From the NCBI RefSeq assembly GCF_000737315.1, contig NZ_JMCB01000013.1:144001-268000 (forward strand): 124,000 nucleotides of DNA, given 5' to 3'. This document shows, one piece after another, positions 87,771 through 98,144 of the stretch (positions within the stretch are counted from its first letter, which is position 1; each line of letters starts with the position of its first letter). The notes beneath the pieces are model-generated. The model saw only the letters and a list, made by a program, of their open reading frames with translations. It did no database searches and was not told where the DNA came from. The stretch comes from Hyalangium minutum (lineage in GTDB: Bacteria > Myxococcota > Myxococcia > Myxococcales > Myxococcaceae). A program made the position numbers and the translations under genes.

Positions 87771-89017
87771 TGCTCGACCTCGCCGCCGATCATGTTGATC
87801 ATGTCAAAGGTGGGAATGAGGTCCGCCAGCATCTTCCCCTCGATGATCTGAGGAATGGCGGAGAGGATGGGGAAGCCCGGCGCGCGGACGTGGACCTTGT
87901 AGGGCCGGCCGCCGCCGTCGCTCACCAGGTACCAGCCCAGCTCGCCGTTGGCCGCCTCGGTGCTGTCGTACACCTCGCCCGGCGGCACCGGGATGCCCTC
88001 CATCACCAGCTTGAAGTGCGACATGACACCTTCGATGGTGCCGTACACCTCGGGCTTGGGCGGCAGGGCGATGCGCCAGTCATCCACGATGATGGGGCCG
88101 CTGGGCAGCTTGGCCAGCGCCTGCCGGATGATGCGATCCGACTGCTTCATCTCCTCGAGCCGCATGATGTAGCGGTCGTAGTTGTCGCCGTGCGTGCCCA
88201 CCGGCACATCGAAGTCCAGCTGGCTGTAGACCCAGTAGGGCTTGGCCTTGCGCACGTCGTAGTCCACGCCAGCGGCGCGCAGGCAGGGGCCGGTGAAGCC
88301 AAAGTCCAGGGCATCCTCGGCGGAGAGGAGGCCGGTGCCCTTCATGCGGTCCACGAAGATGCGGTTCTTCATCAGCAGCCCCTCGACCTCCACGAGGAGC
88401 TCCTGGATCTTGTCCAGGGACTTGATCGTCTTCGGGATCCACCCCTCGGGCAGGTCGCGGTTGAGGCCGCCCACGCGCCCGTAGCTGGTGGTGAGGCGCG
88501 CGCCGGTCAGCTCCGTCACGCGGTCCATGATGAGCTCACGGCCCTCGATGGCGTAGAGGAACGGAGCGAACCCGCCGAGCTCCAGCGCCGTGGCGCCCAC
88601 GCACGTGAGGTGATCGTGCATGCGGTGCAGCTCGGAGGCGATCACGCGGATGTACTGGGCGCGCTCAGGGATCTCCAGGCCGATGAGCTTCTCCACGGCG
88701 TTGAGGAACCCGAAGTTGTTCATCATCGCCGAGTTGTAGTTGAGCCGGTCCGTGTACGGCAGACACTGCGTCCACGTGACGTTCTCGCAGCTCTTCTGGA
88801 AGCCTCGGTGGAGGAAGCCGATCTCCGGGTCGGCCTTGATGATCGTCTCTCCCTCCAGCTCCACCTTCATGCGCACGGTGCCGTGCATGGCGGGGTGAGA
88901 GGGGCCCATGTTGATGTACATCCGCTTGGGCTGGAGGTGAGCCTCCAGCTCCGACTCGTGGGCGTACGCGTCGGTGTCCGGGTTGGGCGCTTCAGGCTGC
89001 TTGGAAGGGTCCGACAT
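87767..89017 (-). CDS. nuoD: NADH-quinone oxidoreductase subunit D
   Basis: NMGPSHPAMHG, GFLHRG and EAANGELG motifs. Confidence 0.95.
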
Positions 89018-89054
89018 GGAGGAGAGTCCTCGGAAGGCGAAAGGGGCCGGGGCT

Positions 89055-89588
89055 TCAGGAGAGGCCGCTGGTGCCGGGGCCGCGGAAGATGTCCTTGATG
89101 GGGCGCTCGGGGATCAGCGGCTGCCGGTCGCGCAGGGCGTAGTCCTTGCGCAGCGGGTGCCCCTGGAACTCGTCGTACATGAGGATGCGGCGCAGATCCG
89201 GATGGCCCACGAACTTGATGCCGTAGAAGTCGTAGGTGAGGCGCTCCCACCAGTTGGCGCCCTTGTAGAGAGGAACCAGCGAGGGCACCTCGGGAGTCGT
89301 CTCGGTGACGCGCACCTTGAGGCGCACGTGCTCGTTTCGCGTGAGCGAGTAGAGGATGTAGATGATCTCGAAGCGCGGATCGCTCTCGGCCAGGTGCAGC
89401 CGGTCCACGGCATCGATGGAGCCGAAGAGCTTGAAGTTCAGCTCCGGATCATTGCGGAGATACGCCGCCACCTTCGGCAGGTGCTGAGCATGGATGACGG
89501 CCCAGGCGCCGCCGGCCCTGTCGTCGTAGCGCTCCGCGACCGCCTCCGGAAGGTGGGCGGAGACCCTGTCCAACGCGAATGTGCTCAA
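89055..89588 (-). CDS. nuoC: NADH-quinone oxidoreductase subunit C
   Basis: WWERLTYDFYG..F.GHPDLRRIL...GHPLRKDY. Confidence 0.94.
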   Translation of the reverse strand: MSTFALDRVSAHLPEAVAERYDDRAGGAWAVIHAQHLPKVAAYLRNDPELNFKLFGSIDAVDRLHLAESDPRFEIIYILYSLTRNEHVRLKVRVTETTPEVPSLVPLYKGANWWERLTYDFYGIKFVGHPDLRRILMYDEFQGHPLRKDYALRDRQPLIPERPIKDIFRGPGTSGLS

Positions 89589-89702
89589 AAGGGGGCCCCA
89601 ATGGCAGAAGAATCCGCGGCTTTATAGGGAGGGCAGCCCGCAGCGTCAACGTAAAACCCCCAGCCATGTAGGGCACTTACGCGCGCTAGAAGCGAGGGGG
89701 CC

Positions 89703-90977
89703 TCAGGCGGCGGCGGAGGTGCCCCCAGGGCGGGCGGATCCGTGGGGCTCGGGAATGAAGAGCGAGACGGGCAGCGTCTTGCCGGGGACGGTGGCCGGGG
89801 GGGCCTCTCGCCAGAGGAAGGCCTCTCCCGCCTGCTCACGGGTCGTCCGGGACACCAGCACGGGGGCGCCCGCCGTCTTGGTGAGGCGCTCAATGCGGCT
89901 GGCCAGGTTCACGGTGTCGCCAATGGCGGTGTACTCCAGGCGCCGGGTGGAAGAGCCGATGTTGCCCAGCACCACGGGCCCAGTGTGGACACCTACACCC
90001 ATTCGCAGGCCTGGCTCGCCCCGGGCGGCGCGCTCGGCGTTGACGGCCTCGAGCTCGGCCACCATGTCCAGGGCGCACTGCACGCCCCGCCGGGCATGCT
90101 CGGCATCCGCGATGGGAGCGCCGAAGTACACCATCAGTGCGTCGCCGATGAACTTGTCGAGCGTGCCGCCATGGCGGAATACCACCTCCACCATGCGCCC
90201 GTAGTACTCGTTGAGGATGGCCACCACCTGCTGGGGGGGCAGGCGCTCGCTGAGGGCGGTGAAGTCCCGGATGTCGGCGAACAGGAGCGTCACCTCGCGC
90301 AGCTCTGGGTGGGTCTTCGAGATGGCCAGATCCTGGAGCCGCTCGGCGACGGCAGGGGAGAAGTAGCGGCCGAGCCGGGCCCGCTTGAGCTCCTCGCGCG
90401 TGACGGCCGAGAGCAGGGCGCGGATGCGCAGCAGCAGGTGGGAGGCGCCCGCGGCGCTGGCTGCCAGGACGACCACGGCGGCCACCTGCGCGCCGATGGC
90501 GATGCCGGCCTGCTGTTGGAGCAGCACCTCCGTGATGGCCGCGACCCCGGTGACCGCCAAGGTCCCCAGGCGGCGCAGGGAGAGGGCGGACAGGAGGATG
90601 AGGCAGACGTAGATGCCCAGGGTGAAGCCCGCCACGCCGCCTGGGGAGGGGGAGAGGGGCAGTGACAGGGTCTGGAGCCAGAAGATGGCGGGGACGTCGA
90701 CGAGGGCCAGCGTCATGCCGGACCAGCGCGCGATCCACTGGAAGTGGTAGACGCCGCCCAGGACGAGTGCGGTGACGGCCCAGTACGCAGCGAAGGGGGT
90801 GGAGTAGATGGCCCAGTCGGCGAGCCCGCGCAGGAAGCCCAGGTAGAGGGTGACGGCGAAGACGGCAGAGACGGCGAGGAAGCGCACCCACGACAGATGG
90901 AGCGCATTTCGCGCCCGCTCAGTGTCGAGTGCCCGCGAGAGGCTCTGCTCGGTAGTGGGCGCTGCCGCTTCCTTCAT
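89703..90977 (-). CDS. Membrane-anchored class III adenylate cyclase
   Basis: Several TMs, [15 protein letters not shown] and [11 protein letters not shown] with catalytic residues intact. Confidence 0.9.
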   Translation of the reverse strand: MKEAAAPTTEQSLSRALDTERARNALHLSWVRFLAVSAVFAVTLYLGFLRGLADWAIYSTPFAAYWAVTALVLGGVYHFQWIARWSGMTLALVDVPAIFWLQTLSLPLSPSPGGVAGFTLGIYVCLILLSALSLRRLGTLAVTGVAAITEVLLQQQAGIAIGAQVAAVVVLAASAAGASHLLLRIRALLSAVTREELKRARLGRYFSPAVAERLQDLAISKTHPELREVTLLFADIRDFTALSERLPPQQVVAILNEYYGRMVEVVFRHGGTLDKFIGDALMVYFGAPIADAEHARRGVQCALDMVAELEAVNAERAARGEPGLRMGVGVHTGPVVLGNIGSSTRRLEYTAIGDTVNLASRIERLTKTAGAPVLVSRTTREQAGEAFLWREAPPATVPGKTLPVSLFIPEPHGSARPGGTSAAA

Positions 90978-91194
90978 GACGCCGGGCGTCCCTCCCGCTG
91001 TCCGTGTCAGCCGCTGGCACACTGTGGCACGGGTTGGGCGACCGTGCACGTTGCGTACCTCCTAAGAGGGCTCGTCTGTCCGGTTGGTGAGCTTTTGGGA
91101 AACAGAACCAGGTGGGTAGGCTCAAGTAGGCTCAGGCGTGGCGAGTCTCGTACCCTTCGACGCCGCAGTCATCGCAGCCGAACGGGTAGGAGGC

Positions 91195-92094
91195 CTAATT
91201 CGGCTGACAGACAAAGGGCCGGTCTGGCCTGTGTTGCCTGCAGACGTAGCCCTCAATGCACGCGTGGGGATCCTTTGGATCACACGGGGGCCTGCACCGC
91301 CATGCGTCGCAGATCAATCCGTCCCTGCACGAGGGATAATCCTCACCACACCGTTCCAGGCACTCCATCCACGCCTTATCGGGACGGGCGGGCTCTCGGA
91401 GCACCACGCACTCGCCGCCTCGCGGACAGGGAGCTTGTTGGCACTGGGGGCCATAAACGTGCGCGCACACGGAGACGCCTTCCTCGTACCGGACGCAGTG
91501 CTGATCCTCTGGGCACCCGCGTGTCTCACACGTAGGCAAGCACACCGGCTCTGGCGCTGTGTCCGCGCAAAAGAAGCCAGCGGGACACGCTGCGGCATCC
91601 TCTGTCTTGCAGGGCCGAGCACACCACGGTTTGCGAAGGCCGCCGCAAATCAATCCCGGCGCGCAGGCATCGTCGCGGCTCTCCCCCAACACATAGCAGG
91701 GCTCCCCTTCCTGCCGAACGCCCAAGGGTACGCAGTACCGCACCAAGGGGCCGTCTTCCACCGTGGCGATGGTGTGGCAGACTTGGCCGTCGGGGCATTG
91801 CGAGTCTGCGGTGCACTGACTGTCGGTGCAGATCTGCCGCCTGTAGCGCAATTCGGTGACGCACCCGAGAGGAGGCTCACACGGCTGACCGGCCCCGCAG
91901 CTGCGGCGGTACGTTAGGAACTGCGCGCGCTCCTCTGAGGTCAGCATTGGGCTGATACGCCTGCCACCCGCGCCCTTTTCAGGAAGGGTGGGCCGTAGCA
92001 CGCCGCCCAATAATATGGCGAGGGGCACTGGCAGCAGCAGACTGGCAAGAGTCGCCAGCAGGGGACGCCAGCTCACCCGCATGTCCTGATACAC
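91195..92094 (-). CDS. Cys-rich exported/membrane-anchored hypothetical protein
   Basis: N-terminal hydrophobic helix followed by many repeated C-x-C..G..C modules. Confidence 0.7.
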   Translation of the reverse strand: MYQDMRVSWRPLLATLASLLLPVPLAILLGGVLRPTLPEKGAGGRRISPMLTSEERAQFLTYRRSCGAGQPCEPPLGCVTELRYRRQICTDSQCTADSQCPDGQVCHTIATVEDGPLVRYCVPLGVRQEGEPCYVLGESRDDACAPGLICGGLRKPWCARPCKTEDAAACPAGFFCADTAPEPVCLPTCETRGCPEDQHCVRYEEGVSVCAHVYGPQCQQAPCPRGGECVVLREPARPDKAWMECLERCGEDYPSCRDGLICDAWRCRPPCDPKDPHACIEGYVCRQHRPDRPFVCQPN

Positions 92095-92285
92095 TCCGGC
92101 GTGTTTTCCTTACCGCCGCCGCAGAGCTCGTCGTACGTCTTCTGGTCGCAATATTTACGGACGAGTTCCAGGGTGTCCTGATGGACGGCTTTGGCGACAC
92201 GACCCTCCTTGCCAAACTCTGAAGGACAGCCAGTCACCATCCAGAGCACCACCAGGAGCGTTCCTGCGTCACGCCAGCGCATCAT
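92073..92285 (-). CDS. Small Cys-rich lipoprotein
   Basis: RBS AGGAGGGG, lipobox VTGC and four further Cys; overlaps the next gene. Confidence 0.65.
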   Translation of the reverse strand: MMRWRDAGTLLVVLWMVTGCPSEFGKEGRVAKAVHQDTLELVRKYCDQKTYDELCGGGKENTPECIRTCG

Positions 92286-92374
92286 CCCCTCCTGCGAGCA
92301 CTGATGACCGTACCAAGAGTCAACGGACAGGGCCACGCTGCCGGAAACAGGTAACTCACGGCGGTAGGGGAGCC

Positions 92375-94414
92375 ATGGCGGACGCAGGGCTTTTCAGGTA
92401 CACGCGGCTCGTCGCCATGTCCGTCCGTGTTGCTCCCAGGCTCCTTCTCTGGACGCTCCTCGCCGCTCTCGTAGGCGCTGGGCTGGGGCTGGGGTTGTTT
92501 GCTCTGGAAACGGAGCGGTTGCTCAGCGCTGGACTGGTGGGCGTGGGCATCGATGTGGAGGGGCCCTATGCGGCGCTGATGAATGCGATCCGGCCGCTGC
92601 TGCCAGGGCTGCTCGCTCGGGTCGCGGCGGTGTATGGGGTTGGCGGCGCCGTGCTCGGGCTCTTGGCTGGAGGGCTCGCTCGCGCGTGGGGACGGCAGCG
92701 GTTGGCGTGGGTGATCCCTCATTGGCTCGTGCTGCTCGCACTGCTGGCCTGGGATCGCGCCATCGCCCGGCCCGCGCTCTTCGATGATCTGCCCGCGCTG
92801 CGCTCGGTGCTGGGCTGGCTCGTGGACCATGGCCAGCCCTGGCACCCGCGTGTGACCGTGGGGCTGTGGCTCGCTCTTCCCCTGGGTTGGCTTGCTTGGC
92901 GCTCTCGCGAACATCAGCGCTCCCTGGGCTTGGCATGTGGGGCCGTGGTGGCGGTGGGGTTGCTCGGGGCGTGGATCTCCCGGACACCCTCGGGTGGAGA
93001 GAGACATCCGCTCGTTGTCCTCATCGGGGTGGATGCGTTCCGCCCGGATCGGCTGAAGGCGCTCGGAGGCACAGGCGCGGTGGCGCCTCACCTCGATCGC
93101 TTCGTGGAAGAGGGCGCCACGCTCTTTACCCGCGCGTACACGACCATCGCTCAGACGGAACCCGCGTGGCGCTCACTGCTCACCGCGCGCTGGCCGCATC
93201 GCACCGGCGTCCGTTACTCGCTCACGGCCGAGTCCCGCTGGATCCCCACCTCCACCTTTCCTGCGCGCTTCGCGGATGCCCACTGGCGCACCGTGTTTGC
93301 CACGGATTGCTCGCGCTTCCACGCCGAGGGCCCGGACTCCGGTTTCGCCACGCGCCTCCAGCCGCCTCGGGGCGCGGTGAACTTCCTGCTGGAGAAACTC
93401 CGCTACCGCGCCGTGGGCCTGTTCGCCGATCACCGGCTCGGCGCCGCGTGGCTGCCCGAGTTCATCGACAACCGCGCCCTCGCGGGCATCCACGATCCCA
93501 TCGGCTACGCGGATCGGCTCGCGGCGCGGCTCGTCTTGGAGGCCTCCCAAGGCCCCACACTGTTCGCCTTCCACGCCACCGCAGCGCATTTCCCGGGCGA
93601 CCCCACCTATCCCTTCTACCGGCGCTTCGTGGCTCCCTCCGAGCCGATCGAGCGCCGGCTGCGCATGCACTTCTCCCCGGTGGTGCCCGGCGCCGCCGGA
93701 GGTGCCGGTTCCTGGAACCGGGCCGGTGCTGAGGGGCTCTATGACGAGCTGCTCGCCCAGGCCGATGCACAGGTGGGTCAGCTCTTCGACGCGCTGAAGC
93801 GGACCGGACGCTACGACGACGCGCTCATCGTCCTGTTCTCGGATCACGGCGAGAGCTTCCACGCGGACCGGCCGGACCTCGCAGGTGCCACCTCGGTGCA
93901 CGGCGCCCGGCTCTCCGAGGAGGAGAACCGTGTGCTCCTGGCGGTGAAGCTCCCCCGAGGCCAACAGGCCCCCGCTCGTGTGGATACCCTCGTCCGGCTG
94001 TTGGACATGGGCCCCACGCTGCTGGAGTTGTCCCAACTCCCATCTCTCCCGAGCGACGTGGATGGCGTCTCCCTCGCGCCTCTGTTGCGCGGAGAGCCCT
94101 TCCAGCCCCAGCCGCTCTACGCGGAGACGGGCTTCACGCACGTGAGCCCGGAGATCTTCGATCCAGGCCACTGGCCCGGAGCCCCTCGCAGCTTCGAGAC
94201 CTACCGCATCCGCCAGGATGGCGTGGTGGAGGTGGACGGCTCCGCCCACGACGCCATGGTCCGAGAGAAGGATCGCGGCGCCTTCGACGGGCAGCGCTGG
94301 CTGGTGGATCGCCCCCAGGCGGACGGCTCCACGAAGCGCACGTGCGTGGGCGACTGCGCGGAGCCCGCGGTGTTGTCTTCCTGGCTGGACGCGGTGCTGA
94401 GCCGCGCTCCCTGA
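92375..94414 (+). CDS. Membrane-anchored sulfatase-like hydrolase/transferase
   Basis: N-terminal TMs, IGVDAFRPD and FSDHGE motifs. Confidence 0.78.
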   Translation: MADAGLFRYTRLVAMSVRVAPRLLLWTLLAALVGAGLGLGLFALETERLLSAGLVGVGIDVEGPYAALMNAIRPLLPGLLARVAAVYGVGGAVLGLLAGGLARAWGRQRLAWVIPHWLVLLALLAWDRAIARPALFDDLPALRSVLGWLVDHGQPWHPRVTVGLWLALPLGWLAWRSREHQRSLGLACGAVVAVGLLGAWISRTPSGGERHPLVVLIGVDAFRPDRLKALGGTGAVAPHLDRFVEEGATLFTRAYTTIAQTEPAWRSLLTARWPHRTGVRYSLTAESRWIPTSTFPARFADAHWRTVFATDCSRFHAEGPDSGFATRLQPPRGAVNFLLEKLRYRAVGLFADHRLGAAWLPEFIDNRALAGIHDPIGYADRLAARLVLEASQGPTLFAFHATAAHFPGDPTYPFYRRFVAPSEPIERRLRMHFSPVVPGAAGGAGSWNRAGAEGLYDELLAQADAQVGQLFDALKRTGRYDDALIVLFSDHGESFHADRPDLAGATSVHGARLSEEENRVLLAVKLPRGQQAPARVDTLVRLLDMGPTLLELSQLPSLPSDVDGVSLAPLLRGEPFQPQPLYAETGFTHVSPEIFDPGHWPGAPRSFETYRIRQDGVVEVDGSAHDAMVREKDRGAFDGQRWLVDRPQADGSTKRTCVGDCAEPAVLSSWLDAVLSRAP

Positions 94415-94441
94415 CTTCGGGCTGGGGTAGGGTGCCGCCCC

Positions 94442-94912
94442 ATGTCGACGACGAATACCCAGAGCCTCCAGGAGCGCTACGCCCCTCACAACGCCTGCTT
94501 CGGTTGCGGCCCCGCCAACGAGAAGGGCCTCCGCATTCGCAGCATGGCGGAGGGCGATCTCGTGGTCGCCGAGTGGACCCCCTCCGAGCACCACCAGGCC
94601 TTCCCCGGTGTCCTCAACGGCGGGATCATCGGCTCGCTGCTGGACTGCCACTGCAACTGGACGGCGGCCTACCACCTCATGAAGCAGGCAGGAGCGGACT
94701 CGCCTCCCTGCACCGTCACGGCGGACTACAGCATCCAGCTCAAGCGTCCCACGCCCATGGGCCTGGTGCGGCTCGAGGCGAAGCCCGTGGAGCTCAAGGA
94801 GGACCGCGCCGTCATCGAGGGCACGCTCACCGCCAACGGCAAGGTGACGGCCACCTGCCGGGGCACCTTCGTGGCGGTGAAGCCGGGCCACCCCGCCTAC
94901 CACCGCTGGTAG
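94442..94912 (+). CDS. PaaI family (hot-dog) thioesterase
   Basis: CFGCG..N..GL and NGGIIGSLLD motifs. Confidence 0.88.
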   Translation: MSTTNTQSLQERYAPHNACFGCGPANEKGLRIRSMAEGDLVVAEWTPSEHHQAFPGVLNGGIIGSLLDCHCNWTAAYHLMKQAGADSPPCTVTADYSIQLKRPTPMGLVRLEAKPVELKEDRAVIEGTLTANGKVTATCRGTFVAVKPGHPAYHRW

Positions 94913-94924
94913 CCCGCAAAGCCA

Positions 94925-94968
94925 AGGGCCCCGGCGCTCCCTCCACCAAGGGAGCCACGCGGGGCCCT
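94925..94968. terminator. GC-rich hairpin between convergent PaaI and nuoB genes
   Basis: Outer stem AGGGCCCCG/CGGGGCCCT with inner stem GCTCCCT/AGGGAGC; no clear U-tract. Confidence 0.45.
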
Positions 94969-94993
94969 GGAGCCTCACACCCCGAGGGGCGCG

Positions 94994-95560
<567 letters not shown>

Positions 95561-95566
95561 GGTTCC

Positions 95567-95935
95567 TCAGCTCTCCCACTCGAGAGCGCCCTTCTTCCAA
95601 ACGTAGATAAGGCCCACCACCAGGGTTGCAGCGAAAACCACCATCTCGGTGTAGCCGAACCAGCCGAGCGCCTGGAAGTTCACCGCCCAGGGGTACAGGA
95701 ACACGGCTTCGACGTCGAACACGATGAAGAGCAGCGCAACGACGTAGAACTTCACCGCGAACCGCTGCCGCGCCATGCCGCTGGACTCGGAGCCGGCCTC
95801 GAAGGTCATCGACTTGACCGCGCTCGGCCGCCGAGGGCCCAGCAAGCCGGCGAGGGTGGGGATGATCAGCGCCAGCACGCCAGACAGCAGCAGCACCACT
95901 GCCAGCGGCAGATAAGGGGTGAGAGGAGTTTCCAT
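95567..95935 (-). CDS. nuoA: NADH-quinone oxidoreductase subunit A
   Basis: FEAG, FYVVALLFIVFDVE and WKKGALEW motifs. Confidence 0.96.
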   Translation of the reverse strand: METPLTPYLPLAVVLLLSGVLALIIPTLAGLLGPRRPSAVKSMTFEAGSESSGMARQRFAVKFYVVALLFIVFDVEAVFLYPWAVNFQALGWFGYTEMVVFAATLVVGLIYVWKKGALEWES

Positions 95936-96175
95936 CGGCGGCGGACCCTAGTGACACCCGCCACCTCTGTCAAAGGGAAACTCGGTCTCCTCACACCGTA
96001 AACCGTTGAGATAACAGCGAAAAGGCACCCTGACCCTGATCCCGCCTCTTCGGCCACGCCCCTGGGGACGGTGGCAGGTGAGGGAGGGAGCAACCGGGCA
96101 CGCACGGGGTGTTTGACGCTCTCGGGTCCAGGCGCCTACCGTCGCACCGTCGCGCGAACTCGGGAGAACCAGGGC

Positions 96176-97726
96176 ATGTGGGGTCGGCTCAGTCTACGGT
96201 GGCAGGTGGCACTCGCGGTGCTGGTGCCCACCATCGTCATTTCCGCCCTCACCAGCTTCTACTTCCCGCGGAAGCAGATGGAGATCGGCCGGCACCGGCT
96301 GAAGGAGCGGGGTCTCGCGGTGGGGCTGCTGGCCCAGCAACAAGCGGCCGCCATCCTCTCGGAGCCCGAGGCCCTGCGCACGGACCGCTTTCAGCAGCTC
96401 TTTGATCAGGTGGAGAAGGGCGGCAACGTCTCCATGCAGGCGGTGCTCGAGCCCGCAGGCGGCACACTGATCCAGCGCGGCAACCTGCCGCTCGGGAGCA
96501 CCGCCCTGAAGGGCGGCGAGGGGTGCGCGGACGCGTTCCTCGAGGGCACCCTGATCGTGAGCTGCTCGCTGCCGGATGGGCGCGCCTACCTCGTGGGCAT
96601 GGATGCCTCGGTGGTGCACCACGAGGAGGTCAATGCCTTCATGCTGTCCGGCGGACTCGTCTACAGCGCCGCGGCGCTGATCGGCCTGGCGCTGGCCTTC
96701 TTCATCGGCCGGGCCATCACCGAGCCGGTGTCGCGGATGACGGAGGCCGCCATCGAGGTGGCCAAGGGTGACGTGTCCCGCAGCACGCTGGAGGTGACGA
96801 CGGCCGCGGGCGAGGTGAAGCAGATGGCGCAGTCGTTCAGCGAGATGCTGACCACGCTGCGCGGCACGGTGGCGGAGCTGGTGTCCCGCACCGAGCAGCT
96901 GTCCAGCGCCTCGCGCGGGCTGACGGGGGCCTCGGCGGATCAGGAGCACGTCATCAGCCAGCAGGCGGCGTACGCGCAGCAGATCGCCGCCACCTTTGAG
97001 GAGCTGAGTCGCACCGCCGAGCAGATCTCCAGCTCCACGGAGGTGGTGGAGTCCAGCGCGCGCCGCACGCACGAGGCGGTGGCCGAGGCCATGGCCGTAG
97101 TGGCGCAGGTGGTGGCCGGCATCAACGACATCCGCATCGAGGCCAAGGGCGTGGCCGAGGCCATCGTCGGGCTGAACCAGGACTTGCAGCAGGTGGGGAA
97201 GATCGCCCAGGTGATCAACCAGGTGGCGGAGCGCTCGGACCTGCTGGCGCTCAACGCGGCGCTCGAGGGCACCAAGGCGGGCGAGGTGGGCCGCGGCTTC
97301 TCGCTGGTAGCCGCGGAGATGCGCAAGCTGGCGGAGAACGTGTCCGGCTCGGCGCGAGACATCGCCCGCATCGTCGAGAAGGTGCAGGACTCCGGCGAGG
97401 AGGCCGCGCAGAAGGCCCGCGTGGGCATGGCCACCTCGGATCGCGGCGTGGAGGTGGCCGAGCAGGCCTCCTCCGTGTTCGAGCGGATCGTCGAGCTGGC
97501 GCGCGGTACCAGCGAGGCGGCGCGGCAGATCACCATCGCCACGCGGCAGCAGCGCCAGTCCAGCGAGCAGGCTGTGCAGGGCGCTCGCAACGTGGCCGAG
97601 CTGGTGAAGCAGGGCGTGGATGCCACGGGCCGCACCACCCGCATTGCTCAGGATCTGCAGGCGGTGGCCGAGGGGCTCACCGCCGTCACCAGCCGCTTCA
97701 AGGTCGCCCGCGACGAGCGGTCCTGA
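96176..97726 (+). CDS. Orphan methyl-accepting chemotaxis protein
   Basis: Two TMs, a HAMP domain and AERSDLLALNAALEG...GRGFSLVA. Confidence 0.9.
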   Translation: MWGRLSLRWQVALAVLVPTIVISALTSFYFPRKQMEIGRHRLKERGLAVGLLAQQQAAAILSEPEALRTDRFQQLFDQVEKGGNVSMQAVLEPAGGTLIQRGNLPLGSTALKGGEGCADAFLEGTLIVSCSLPDGRAYLVGMDASVVHHEEVNAFMLSGGLVYSAAALIGLALAFFIGRAITEPVSRMTEAAIEVAKGDVSRSTLEVTTAAGEVKQMAQSFSEMLTTLRGTVAELVSRTEQLSSASRGLTGASADQEHVISQQAAYAQQIAATFEELSRTAEQISSSTEVVESSARRTHEAVAEAMAVVAQVVAGINDIRIEAKGVAEAIVGLNQDLQQVGKIAQVINQVAERSDLLALNAALEGTKAGEVGRGFSLVAAEMRKLAENVSGSARDIARIVEKVQDSGEEAAQKARVGMATSDRGVEVAEQASSVFERIVELARGTSEAARQITIATRQQRQSSEQAVQGARNVAELVKQGVDATGRTTRIAQDLQAVAEGLTAVTSRFKVARDERS

Positions 97727-97763
97727 GTCCGCTCCCGAGCGCCGCCGAGAGGGCTCTCGAGGC

Positions 97764-98144
97764 CTACCGCGGCTCCTCTTGATCCGAGTCTTTGGGGACC
97801 AGCGTGTGTACCTGGTCGAGGAGCTGTTGCAAGGAGAAGGGCTTCTTGAGGAACCCGGACCACCCATGGTCCTTGGGCTTCACCGTGGGCGCGATGGCGC
97901 TCATGATGAGGACGGGGAGCTTCTCGAAGGCAGGCTTCTGGCGGATGGCCTTGAGCGTCTCGTAGCCGTTCATCACCGGCATCATGATGTCCAGGATGGC
98001 CAGGTCCGGCGTGTGCTCCTCCAGGCACTTGAGCGCCTCGCGGCCGTTGCCGCACGTCAAGACGCGGTAGCGCTCCTCCTCGAGGATCGCCTTGACCGCC
98101 TCGGCGATGTCCAGCTCGTCATCGACGATGAGCACCGTCTTCAT
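97764..98144 (-). CDS. Single-domain response regulator
   Basis: LIVDD, ILDIMMPVMNG and FLKKP motifs. Confidence 0.9.
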   Translation of the reverse strand: MKTVLIVDDELDIAEAVKAILEEERYRVLTCGNGREALKCLEEHTPDLAILDIMMPVMNGYETLKAIRQKPAFEKLPVLIMSAIAPTVKPKDHGWSGFLKKPFSLQQLLDQVHTLVPKDSDQEEPR

